From the NCBI GenBank assembly GCA_030648955.1, contig JAUSHB010000004.1:1-60898 (forward strand): a stretch of 60,898 bases of DNA, in the 5' to 3' direction. This DNA is from a bacterium (GTDB lineage: Bacteria; Patescibacteriota; Minisyncoccia; Phycocordibacterales; JAUSHB01). The notes beneath the pieces were generated by a model. The model saw nothing but the letters and a program-made list of their open reading frames with translations, was not told the origin of the DNA and searched no databases. The position numbers and the translations under genes were made by a program. Below, one piece after another: positions 40,549-49,122 of this stretch. How positions within the stretch are numbered: position 1 is the stretch's first letter; every line of letters starts with the position of its first letter.

Positions 40549-41988
40549 TTATTGTAAACTATTGAGTTTTGCGCGGGTTTTGGGTCCTACTAATCCATAT
40601 CCCACAACTCCACTTGAAGCAACGCTATATTTAACTTGGAAACGCTTGATCGCTTGTTCGGTGAGCGCTCCATAGTAACCAGTTGCTTGTCCGTTGGGGT
40701 AGATATCGGATAACCGCGCGAGAAATTCTTGAAGCGCAATTACTTCTGTTCCCCGTGAACCGCGCGAGAGTGGTTTGGTGAATTTGTATTTTTTTCCACT
40801 CGTCGATGTCGATGGAGTTTGCGATGTTACGTTTTCTGTTACCGTTTGTGTTTGTGGTGTTATGGTCGTCTCTTGCACAACCTGTGGTGTGCGAATCATG
40901 AGTGTGATTTGTTTTCCGCGCGTCGCATCATACCCGCCTCCCTTGCGAAGCGGGAAAAGATATATCGTAACGGGTTCTGTGGTGAAGCTTTTGTTGGTAA
41001 ACATAATTGATGCAGTGCTTGTTGCGGCAAGTGGTATACCGAATGCGGGGATATTGCAAGGAAGTGTGCTGGTTGCTCCACTCGCGATTACTTGCGCGGT
41101 CAGTTGTGCGCCACACCCGATCTGGATATTTGCACCGTCGGACTTGCTTGTTCCCCATGAAAATGTGATCGCTTCTCCGGAATTCGCTATAATTGCGGAC
41201 GCGGTAAACAAATTAGTTGTCGGATCAGGGATTGTGTCAGATCCGATGTCGAAGGTTACACTTTGTGAATGGGTGCCATCATAGATACCCGGCGCAATCG
41301 ACGGGAGAATGCGCACTGTGTAGGGAATCGAATATGGCGTGTTGTTAAAAAATTGAAATGGTACAGAACCCGAAGCTGGTAAATCGCTTGTAAAAATCGG
41401 CGTACCGCACGACATGAATCCAAGCGCGGGATAGCTCGGCGAGGACGTGCGAATGTTACTATTGCATTCGAGCATTAAATTAATGCCGTCGATGTCTTGC
41501 GATGACCATGAAAGCGTGGTGGGGACACCTGATGTAGTAGTTGTTACGGGTGTTATAAAACTTAGAATTGGGTCGGGGAGTTGAGCCACAGAAACGGTAA
41601 TATCTTGTTTGCCGGCATCGTAATCGTTCCCTGAAATGTCTTTGGGGATAATACGGGCGGTAAAACTTCGTGTTCCCCCGCTCACGTTTGCTACCGTCAC
41701 GGCAATAGTATCGCTGGTTGCGTTTATGGAAGATATTTTTGTATCACATGGGAGGGCGTCAATCCCTGATTTTTTAAATTTCATTCCCTGCACGCAAGGA
41801 ATGACGAAAGAATAGCCGATACCTTCCTGGATATTCCATGAAAAAAATATTGCCTGATGAGAGTTGACTAAAGTTGCCGATGCGGTGAATGAAGAGACCA
41901 CGGGAGTTGCGGCGGAAGTTGTGTGGGCGATCGTGAAGAACACAAAAAGTCCGACTGCGAATATTGAGAATTTTAATGAACGCATCAT
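40549..41988 (-). CDS. Secreted protein, three Ig-like repeats plus C-terminal peptidoglycan-binding domain
   Basis: Signal peptide; LSRGSRGTEVIALQEFL...TGYYGALTEQAIKRFQ...VGPKTRAKLN. Confidence 0.82.
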   Translation of the reverse strand: MMRSLKFSIFAVGLFVFFTIAHTTSAATPVVSSFTASATLVNSHQAIFFSWNIQEGIGYSFVIPCVQGMKFKKSGIDALPCDTKISSINATSDTIAVTVANVSGGTRSFTARIIPKDISGNDYDAGKQDITVSVAQLPDPILSFITPVTTTTSGVPTTLSWSSQDIDGINLMLECNSNIRTSSPSYPALGFMSCGTPIFTSDLPASGSVPFQFFNNTPYSIPYTVRILPSIAPGIYDGTHSQSVTFDIGSDTIPDPTTNLFTASAIIANSGEAITFSWGTSKSDGANIQIGCGAQLTAQVIASGATSTLPCNIPAFGIPLAATSTASIMFTNKSFTTEPVTIYLFPLRKGGGYDATRGKQITLMIRTPQVVQETTITPQTQTVTENVTSQTPSTSTSGKKYKFTKPLSRGSRGTEVIALQEFLARLSDIYPNGQATGYYGALTEQAIKRFQVKYSVASSGVVGYGLVGPKTRAKLNSLQ

Positions 41989-42134
41989 GGTGTTGAGTTG
42001 TTAATGATTATGGAACCATTATATCAATAGTATAGATAATATAAAACCAACAGAGGGCATCTGATTGACTTTTAAGTTTCCCTGCGTAGGATGGAAAAAG
42101 ATTTGTTTCAAACATACAAACGTGGAGGTATGCT

Positions 42135-42479
42135 ATGGCAAAGAAGAAAGATGATTCCTTAAGATCTAATATTTCCGACATATCGAACCGTGTAGTCCTT
42201 ATATTAGGGCAGACATGGGATTTGAGTGAGGAGCAAATACACCTACTGTTTAATACTTCTTCCAGTAACAATGAAGAGGTAAAACACAGACTCACTCTTT
42301 TATTTGATATACGGGCTAAGCTCGATGGCATTTTTCATAATATTGAGGTTGAAAAACAGTGGCTCCGTGAAAAGCAAAAGATTTTAAACGGAGCGATGCC
42401 GCTCGATTTCATTTTAAGTGGAGATATGGTGAATCTTCAACGTGTTCTAGGGTTGGTTGAATACATGGATGGTCGGTAG
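42135..42479 (+). CDS. Xre/MbcA/ParS-type antitoxin C-terminal domain protein
   Basis: KQWLREKQKILNGAMPLDFI...LQRVLGLV. Confidence 0.7.
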   Translation: MAKKKDDSLRSNISDISNRVVLILGQTWDLSEEQIHLLFNTSSSNNEEVKHRLTLLFDIRAKLDGIFHNIEVEKQWLREKQKILNGAMPLDFILSGDMVNLQRVLGLVEYMDGR

Positions 42480-42610
42480 TGAATGGTTAATGATCCCAAA
42501 AACCCACTCAAGAATGTTAATCGCAAAAGACTTTTTATATCACACGAATGAAATTGTATTTCACCAGTCCCATCGGGGCTGGTTTTGTTTTGTCGTGATA
42601 TGATAGTGCT

Positions 42611-43018
42611 ATGAATACTATACCTCAACACAATGAAGATGAATTAAAGAAAAAACTCACCCCGGAGCAATATCACGTACTGCGCGAGAAAGGAACAGAG
42701 CGACCTTTTTCTGGGAACTATGTGCATCACAAAGAAAAAGGGGTGTATAAATGCGCCGCATGTGGAAATGAATTGTTTTCATCCGACACCAAATTTGATT
42801 CCGGAACGGGTTGGCCAAGTTTTACCGACCCGATGAATAAGGAAAATATAATTCTCGAGCAAGATACAAGTCTTGGGATGAATCGCACAGAAGTTAAGTG
42901 TAAACGATGTGGCTCGCACTTGGGGCACGTTTTTTCCGATGGACCTGGAGCTTCGGGGAATCGTTACTGCATCAATTCTGTTTGTTTGATTCACGAAAAA
43001 GAAACCAAGGATTCTTAG
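42611..43018 (+). CDS. msrB: Peptide-methionine (R)-S-oxide reductase
   Basis: GTERPF, CAAC, KFDSGTGWPSF, HLGHVF, RYCINS. Confidence 0.96.
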   Translation: MNTIPQHNEDELKKKLTPEQYHVLREKGTERPFSGNYVHHKEKGVYKCAACGNELFSSDTKFDSGTGWPSFTDPMNKENIILEQDTSLGMNRTEVKCKRCGSHLGHVFSDGPGASGNRYCINSVCLIHEKETKDS

Positions 43019-43037
43019 TTAACATACTTTTATATAT

Positions 43038-43422
43038 GACTCGCGATATATTTGAACGGCTTGTTGCTGAGGGAATACAGGCGATTCCGCAAAAATTTCT
43101 CGATAAACTTTCAAATGTGGCGATTGTGGTTGAGGACGAGCCGACACAAGAGCAACTCAAAAAGAATCATGTTCGCCAGGGGTGGACGCTATTTGGTTTA
43201 TATGAAGGTGTTCCCCAAACCGCACGAGGATCTTCATATGGGTGGGTGTTGCCCGATAAGATAACTATTTTTCAGAAACCTATCGAAGAAGCTGCACATA
43301 GCCCGGAAGAAATCAAGGAGATTGTAAAAGATACTGTGTGGCACGAGATCGCGCACCACTTTGGGATGAATGAAGGAGAGGTGCAGATGAGGGAACGTAT
43401 ACGAAAGAATAATGCTCGTTAA
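43038..43422 (+). CDS. Zincin-like metallopeptidase family protein
   Basis: LFGLYEGVP, PDKITIFQ, TVWHEIAHHFG; start moved to ATG near 43037. Confidence 0.85.
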
Positions 43423-43437
43423 AGATATATAAAAAGT

Positions 43438-43466
43438 AAAAAAACGTACCATGTGGTACGTTTTTT
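43438..43466 (+). terminator. Intrinsic terminator
   Basis: aaaaaacgtacca-tg-tggtacgtttttt. Confidence 0.75.
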
Positions 43467-43833
43467 ATTGGAAGAAGGTGCTATTGTGAAATAGTGGGGA
43501 AGGAAGTGGTTGAAAATTGTGTTTGTGGTTGAATGTTTTTGAAAACAATCAGTAAACTGAAAGGCAATTTTCAACGACTTCGGAATCCCTAAGTCACTCT
43601 AATTTCCTACCTTGAGTATAGCAACCCATAAAATGCTGTCAAGCCTAGACTGTGGATAACTGCGGGGTCCTTTCCCATATAGACATTAAGAATTTTTGTG
43701 TAAGAAAGACAGCATAGACCCGTCTTTATGAGCACAGAAACCAGATTATTGGTTTCTGATATTTTAGTGGTATACTTTACTGTGGTTTATTAGGGTTTAT
43801 TAGTTCGTTAAAGTTAATAATTAGAAATATCTT

Positions 43834-45108
43834 ATGAAAATAGCAATACGTTTTTCGGCACTCATACTCGGTTTTTCAATGCTTTTGCCCGCATTAAGTT
43901 ATGCAGAAACTGCGACTTCTGTAGATGCGATTACCCAGCTTAAACAAAAAATTCTTGAGCTTCAAGCGCAGATCCTTGAGCTTCAAAAACAGCAACAACA
44001 AGTTACTCTTGAATTGCTTAAAAATCTTGGACAGGGGGCAAGTGGTGATGATGTGAAAACACTCCAGGCGCTCCTTGCGGGAGACTCGGAAATATATCCC
44101 GAAGGTAAAATCACGGGGTTTTTTGGTCCACTGACAGTCAAAGCACTCAAAAAGTTCCAAGCAAAACACGGGATTGAACAGGTTGGTTTTGCCGGACCGA
44201 AGACTCTTAAAAAACTCAATGAATTACTCAAGGGAAGCACCGTTGTTGTAGTGGGTGATTCGCAAAATCTCACTGCGTCCACAACGTGCACCGTTCTTCC
44301 TCCCGGGCACTACATTGCTCCGGGATGGAATAAAAAAATGAGCGATGACCATGAAGACGATGATGACGGCGATAACGATAATGATAAGAAGAAGAATAAA
44401 GAAAATAAGGGAAAAGAACAAAAATTTGGTTCAATTCCATTTAGTATACCGTGCAACCAGCTTCCCCCGGGAATTGCCAAGAAAATTGGTCAGGGAACAA
44501 CAACTCCTCCACTTCCAGATACGATTGTCCCTACCATATCGAATGTAGTCGTCGGAACAATTATCCAAACAGGAGCATCAATCACGTGGACAACTAGTGA
44601 GCCGACTCGATCAAAAATTTCCTATGGTACAAGCACGGCGTACACCGTTGAGACAGGATTTAGCTCAACACTATCTTCCGCATTTACCCAAGTAATATCA
44701 GGTCTTACGTCTTCTACTGTGTATCACTTCAAAATTGCTGCCAAGGATGCGGCAGGGAATACAACCTCTACGGGAGATATGACATTTACCACAGCAAGTG
44801 TTCCACCCCCAACTGACACCACTGCGCCGGCGATTTCATCGATTTCTGTTGGAAGTATTGCGTCAACAACTGCGAGTGTGACATGGACGACCAATGAACT
44901 TGCACGAAGCAAGGTCTACTATAGTACTACCACCCCGCTTAGTCTTTCAAGCGCTTCATTTATAGCAGATTCTTCTTTGGTAACAAGCCACACGAAGACA
45001 CTTTCGAGCCTTACAGCAAGTACAACTCACTACTATGTGATCGAATCCCAAGACGGAGCAGGCAATATCGCGACTTCAACTGAAAATTCTTTCACAACGC
45101 TACCCTAA
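43834..45108 (+). CDS. Secreted peptidoglycan-binding + two fibronectin type III domains
   Basis: Signal peptide, GDDVKTLQALL...TGFFGPLT...FQ, LPPG motifs, two ITW/VTWTT-E FN3 repeats. Confidence 0.85.
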   Translation: MKIAIRFSALILGFSMLLPALSYAETATSVDAITQLKQKILELQAQILELQKQQQQVTLELLKNLGQGASGDDVKTLQALLAGDSEIYPEGKITGFFGPLTVKALKKFQAKHGIEQVGFAGPKTLKKLNELLKGSTVVVVGDSQNLTASTTCTVLPPGHYIAPGWNKKMSDDHEDDDDGDNDNDKKKNKENKGKEQKFGSIPFSIPCNQLPPGIAKKIGQGTTTPPLPDTIVPTISNVVVGTIIQTGASITWTTSEPTRSKISYGTSTAYTVETGFSSTLSSAFTQVISGLTSSTVYHFKIAAKDAAGNTTSTGDMTFTTASVPPPTDTTAPAISSISVGSIASTTASVTWTTNELARSKVYYSTTTPLSLSSASFIADSSLVTSHTKTLSSLTASTTHYYVIESQDGAGNIATSTENSFTTLP

Positions 45109-45290
45109 GAGCCTATTCATTATCTAACCGCAAAATGTGTTACAAAACATTGCTTGCCTGCCAAAATTCTCAAATTTCGGCTACAAATCACTCATTCCTC
45201 CTCAACGTATCTCGATATGCTTCGTCGGACTTCGTGATTTTCGCTCGAAATTTGAGAATTTTAACTAGGCATTAGATAATGAACAGGCTC
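45109..45290. mobile_element. 182-bp MITE, 19-bp TIRs, TAA target duplication
   Basis: TAA|gagcctattcattatctaa...ttagataatgaacaggctc|TAA; internal IR aaaattctcaaatttcg/cgaaatttgagaatttt. Confidence 0.88.
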
Positions 45291-45330
45291 TAAGCTAAAA
45301 AACTAAAAAAGCTTGTAAAATATAGCTTTT

Positions 45331-45363
45331 ATACCCCCGCCTTCTCAAGGAAGGCGGGGGTAT
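45331..45363 (+). terminator. Terminator-like hairpin
   Basis: atacccccgccttc...gaaggcgggggtat. Confidence 0.7.
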
Positions 45364-45634
45364 TTTGCACCAAAAACGACAAAATATCCTTAATTTTCAA
45401 TGGTTTTTTCAAGATTTAGCTATTTTATCTATATTTGACAATATAAAATAGGTGTTGTATAACCATTGACTTTTGATACCAAACACGCTAGACTTCTTGC
45501 ATCTCAGGGTAACACCTGGGAATTTTATTTTCCCCCTTATTTTATAAGGTTAAAACCTCGGATAAGGGTTAAGGGATTTATCATTAACTTACAACATTAT
45601 TTTTACAACTATTACTACTTTTACAACCCTATCC

Positions 45635-46087
45635 ATGGCCTTTTCGGCATTCATAGGGGGAGGGTTTGCGCAGCAGTCAGTATCTCAAACAACACCTTCT
45701 GCAACTTCTTCTCAAACAGGAGAACGTATCGAGGTTCCTTTGAAGCAAAAAATTGCAACGAGCACCCAAGATATTTCGGTAAAATGGGTGGTGAGTGAAT
45801 ATTTTGCTGATATTCCAGAACTTGTAGGTGTTGCTCAATGCGAGTCACACTTTCGCCATTTCGACAAGAATGGGCGCGTGCTTCGTGGATATGTTAACAA
45901 AAGCGATATTGGTGTAATGCAAATCAACGAGTATTATCATGGCAAGAAGGCAGAAGAGCTTGGGTACGATCTCTACTCTATAGAGGGGAATATGTTGTAT
46001 GCTCGTTATTTATATAACCGCGAAGGTCTTACTCCATGGTTGTCGTCCTCAAAATGCTGGAAGATGAATGAGCTTGCGCTTCGTTAA
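45635..46087 (+). CDS. Lysozyme-like/transglycosylase domain protein
   Basis: VAQCESHF, DIGVMQIN, GNMLYARYLY...PW; start uncertain. Confidence 0.75.
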   Translation: MAFSAFIGGGFAQQSVSQTTPSATSSQTGERIEVPLKQKIATSTQDISVKWVVSEYFADIPELVGVAQCESHFRHFDKNGRVLRGYVNKSDIGVMQINEYYHGKKAEELGYDLYSIEGNMLYARYLYNREGLTPWLSSSKCWKMNELALR

Positions 46088-46122
46088 TTCAAAACGTGAA
46101 ACTTGGAGCGTAGGGCGTGAAG

Positions 46123-46152
46123 CCTGCCTACCGCCCCAACAGGGCAGGCAGG
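46123..46152. repeat. Intergenic 30-bp CCTGCC...GGCAGG palindrome
   Basis: cctgcctaccgccccaacagggcaggcagg. Confidence 0.78.
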
Positions 46153-46179
46153 CGTAAAACAGGGAACAGAGATTGTGAT

Positions 46180-46215
46180 AAAAAAATCTTCCTCGTAATG
46201 GGGAGGATTTTTTTT
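46180..46215. terminator. Bidirectional terminator
   Basis: aaaaaaatcttcctc...gggaggattttttt between convergent genes. Confidence 0.75.
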
Positions 46216-46216
46216 G

Positions 46217-47389
46217 TCACTTAGTATCTTTAATGATAAGTCCGTAATACACCCCCAAGAACATCAATGCTCCCAAAACGAGGAACAGATGATTGTATTC
46301 GATATTAAATATTGTCAGAAGCATTGTGGCGACGATAGGGCCGACAAGGAACGATAATGGTGGCAGATTTCTGAACAAGGTGATGAGGTGAGTGTCGGTG
46401 CCGTCAACTTGTTTGAAGAAATAGGTTTCTGACATTACCTCAACAGCACTTGCGCCGACTCGGGTTAAGAAGAGAAGGAACGCCCAAAGGTAAATGTTGG
46501 TCGACGTGACGAATGCAAGTAAGGCGGTAGTGATTGCCATAATAATAAATCCACCAATGAGCATTTCTTGCTCGCCCCATTTTCTGTCAGCGAGCCTTCC
46601 CATAACAACTTGGAAAAGCACAAACGGAATAAGTGCGATAGGCGTAATGATTCCCACGACCTCTCGCAAAGGAATTCCAAGTGTTTTATAGAGATAGAGC
46701 GGTGTGTAGATGATCATCCACGTATAAAAAAAGTTAAGAAGAAATGATGTGACGAATGCGCCATAGATATTTTTATTTGCGCTTACTTCACGGAGTGTGC
46801 TCCATAGGGGCACGTGTTTGTAATGGGGGTCTTGATAGCCCTTGAATGTGAAGTAAATAAGAAAAAAAACAGGAGCGAGGATGAGCGCCGCGGCGAGATA
46901 AACTTTCCCAAACTCACCATCGGAGAACATCATCCCAGCGAGAAACGGCGCGATGAGAATTGCAACGTTTAAGATTGTGAGAAACATCCCACGAATCGAG
47001 CCTGTGAATCCATCCGTGGAGTATGCCTCAAGGAAAACGTTGAGATTGAGATACAAGACGTTCAGTATGATCTGGTTGAATATAAAAACAGGGATAAGAA
47101 AGAGTGGCGACTCTATAATCGCAAGCCCTAAAAGAGAAACAACCTCAAGGACGATCGAAAGAAGGGTAATACGATAATTCCCAAATGCTGCGAGTATGCG
47201 CGACATATTGAAAAAAAGAACTATAGTAACCAAAGAGCCAAGCGCGTAGATCATTCCCACAGTCTCCTCACGTACGTATTCTCCCATGAACGTAGAGGCG
47301 ACATAGAGCGGAAGCGCATAATGAAGGGCGTAGAGAAAGCTTGCAAGGTAGATAATAAGAAAGGGAAGTTTTCCGTGGAGTGTTTGCAT
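46217..47389 (-). CDS. MFS transporter
   Basis: ~12 TM, GRLADRKWG motif A. Confidence 0.88.
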   Translation of the reverse strand: MQTLHGKLPFLIIYLASFLYALHYALPLYVASTFMGEYVREETVGMIYALGSLVTIVLFFNMSRILAAFGNYRITLLSIVLEVVSLLGLAIIESPLFLIPVFIFNQIILNVLYLNLNVFLEAYSTDGFTGSIRGMFLTILNVAILIAPFLAGMMFSDGEFGKVYLAAALILAPVFFLIYFTFKGYQDPHYKHVPLWSTLREVSANKNIYGAFVTSFLLNFFYTWMIIYTPLYLYKTLGIPLREVVGIITPIALIPFVLFQVVMGRLADRKWGEQEMLIGGFIIMAITTALLAFVTSTNIYLWAFLLFLTRVGASAVEVMSETYFFKQVDGTDTHLITLFRNLPPLSFLVGPIVATMLLTIFNIEYNHLFLVLGALMFLGVYYGLIIKDTK

Positions 47390-47448
47390 GATGTATTTCA
47401 GTATAACGTACGAGAAGCTCTGCGGGCAAGTCTTTTTGGTAATTCCAC

Positions 47449-48192
47449 CTAAAAAATGTTTGTTATGACTTTTTTAGCAAGAAAGACAATAATCGCAACC
47501 ATTACAATAGCAACGATTATGTTTATTGTTTTTTTATCGAGTTTATACAAAACTTTTCTACCCATGAAGGTTCCTAAGGCGATAAAAGGAAATATATACA
47601 ATAATGGAATTAAATCGGGGACATTTAACTGATTAGTAAATAATCGAACAATAGTAGCGAGAAGAAAATTAGAGGTACCTATCAAAGAGGAAGTTCCATG
47701 AACTTGAGCGATATTCAAATTCTTACCATATAAGTAGCTGTTTCTAACGTCGCTTCCTGCAAGTCCGGCACCCTGCAGAAATCCAGAGAACAAACCGATA
47801 AAACCAGTAATATACTGCCCAGCGCTCCTGCTGTGGAAAGAAGGGATTAATTTTATCAGTTTAAGGAAAAAATAAATAGCAAAAGCAAGCACTATGACTA
47901 AAAGCAGCGTACTGTTGATCACAACGAGAGATAGCGAACCAACAAAAGCCGCCAGTAACGAGATGGGAAGCAACGCCCTTACTTCATCCCACTGGATATC
48001 TTTTCGGAATAACGGAACTCGTATAACTCCACTCAATAAAAAATAAAAAGAAGCTAACCCTATTGCCGTATGGGGATTAGTAAGAATAGTAAGAAAAGGC
48101 GTAACCACCGCGGACCCAGATATTGGTACCAGAATGTTTATGAATGAAGCGGCCCCCAAAACAATGTAGATAGCTAAATCCGTAAAAGACAT
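47449..48192 (-). CDS. TauE/SafE (TSUP) family membrane protein
   Basis: Multiple TM, GSAVVTPFL and GFLQGAG repeats. Confidence 0.7.
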   Translation of the reverse strand: MSFTDLAIYIVLGAASFINILVPISGSAVVTPFLTILTNPHTAIGLASFYFLLSGVIRVPLFRKDIQWDEVRALLPISLLAAFVGSLSLVVINSTLLLVIVLAFAIYFFLKLIKLIPSFHSRSAGQYITGFIGLFSGFLQGAGLAGSDVRNSYLYGKNLNIAQVHGTSSLIGTSNFLLATIVRLFTNQLNVPDLIPLLYIFPFIALGTFMGRKVLYKLDKKTINIIVAIVMVAIIVFLAKKVITNIF

Positions 48193-48232
48193 TTGTTATT
48201 TTTTTATCTCTGTTAATACTTGCTGGGAAAAT

Positions 48233-49087
48233 TTATCCGATGCGAATGAGAATTACTGCAAAGATCGCCAAAAACAAAAGAATCATTTTCTTCTTTGAAA
48301 GTTCTTCTTGAAATAAAAAATATGCGGTTAGTGCTGTTACAAAAATGTAAAGCGAATGAATAGAAGTAATCAACGGGAACGGTCCTTTCGTCAACGCGAT
48401 ATAAAGTGAGTAACCCCCGAAAAAACTAAAAACGCCTATTAAACTTCCAATGCCTAGCCCGCCAGAAAAAATATGTTTTTTCCAATCGCGACGATGAATA
48501 ATTAAATAAAGTATTAGGGAAAATATAGCCGCAAATAAGTATTGATAAATTTGAAAAGCATGAATATCAAATTTTCCAGCAACAATTTTTTGAAGAACTT
48601 TATTAAAGGCGGAAATAAAAACAATTCCAGAACCAACACCAATCAAGAGAGGAGAGTACTGCAGTTTTCCGCCCTTATAGAGAAACAAGAAAATGGTAAT
48701 GACTGCAAGAATAATACCAAGAGTTTGAACAACGGTAATATGCTCACTAAAGAAAAATATGCCTACGAGAACGGTAATGACGAGGCTTGTGGTTGTGGTG
48801 ATAGGAAATAAAACATTAGTATCAACATGACTCAATGCATACATTTGAAGAAGCGCAATACAAGTAAATGTGACCCCCCAAAGCAGTGCTGTCCACAGCA
48901 TCGCAGGTGTGCTCAAAGAAATATATGAATGGAAAAACACAAGAGCCAATCCTGCTGGAACGGCAAGCGACCAAAAAGTGGCAACAAACCGATTTTGTTT
49001 TTTCGCCGACGGTAATTTATATAATGCCATTGCCACACCGAGAAGCAGTGTGGCAAATACGGAAAATGAAAACCAAGTTAATCCCAT
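48233..49087 (-). CDS. DMT/EamA family transporter
   Basis: ~10 TM in two repeats, FFSEHIT...GIIL and FQEELS...LLFL. Confidence 0.8.
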   Translation of the reverse strand: MGLTWFSFSVFATLLLGVAMALYKLPSAKKQNRFVATFWSLAVPAGLALVFFHSYISLSTPAMLWTALLWGVTFTCIALLQMYALSHVDTNVLFPITTTTSLVITVLVGIFFFSEHITVVQTLGIILAVITIFLFLYKGGKLQYSPLLIGVGSGIVFISAFNKVLQKIVAGKFDIHAFQIYQYLFAAIFSLILYLIIHRRDWKKHIFSGGLGIGSLIGVFSFFGGYSLYIALTKGPFPLITSIHSLYIFVTALTAYFLFQEELSKKKMILLFLAIFAVILIRIG

Positions 49088-49122
49088 GTTAAAAATTTTA
49101 TTTTCCCTAAAACTTTTTATCC

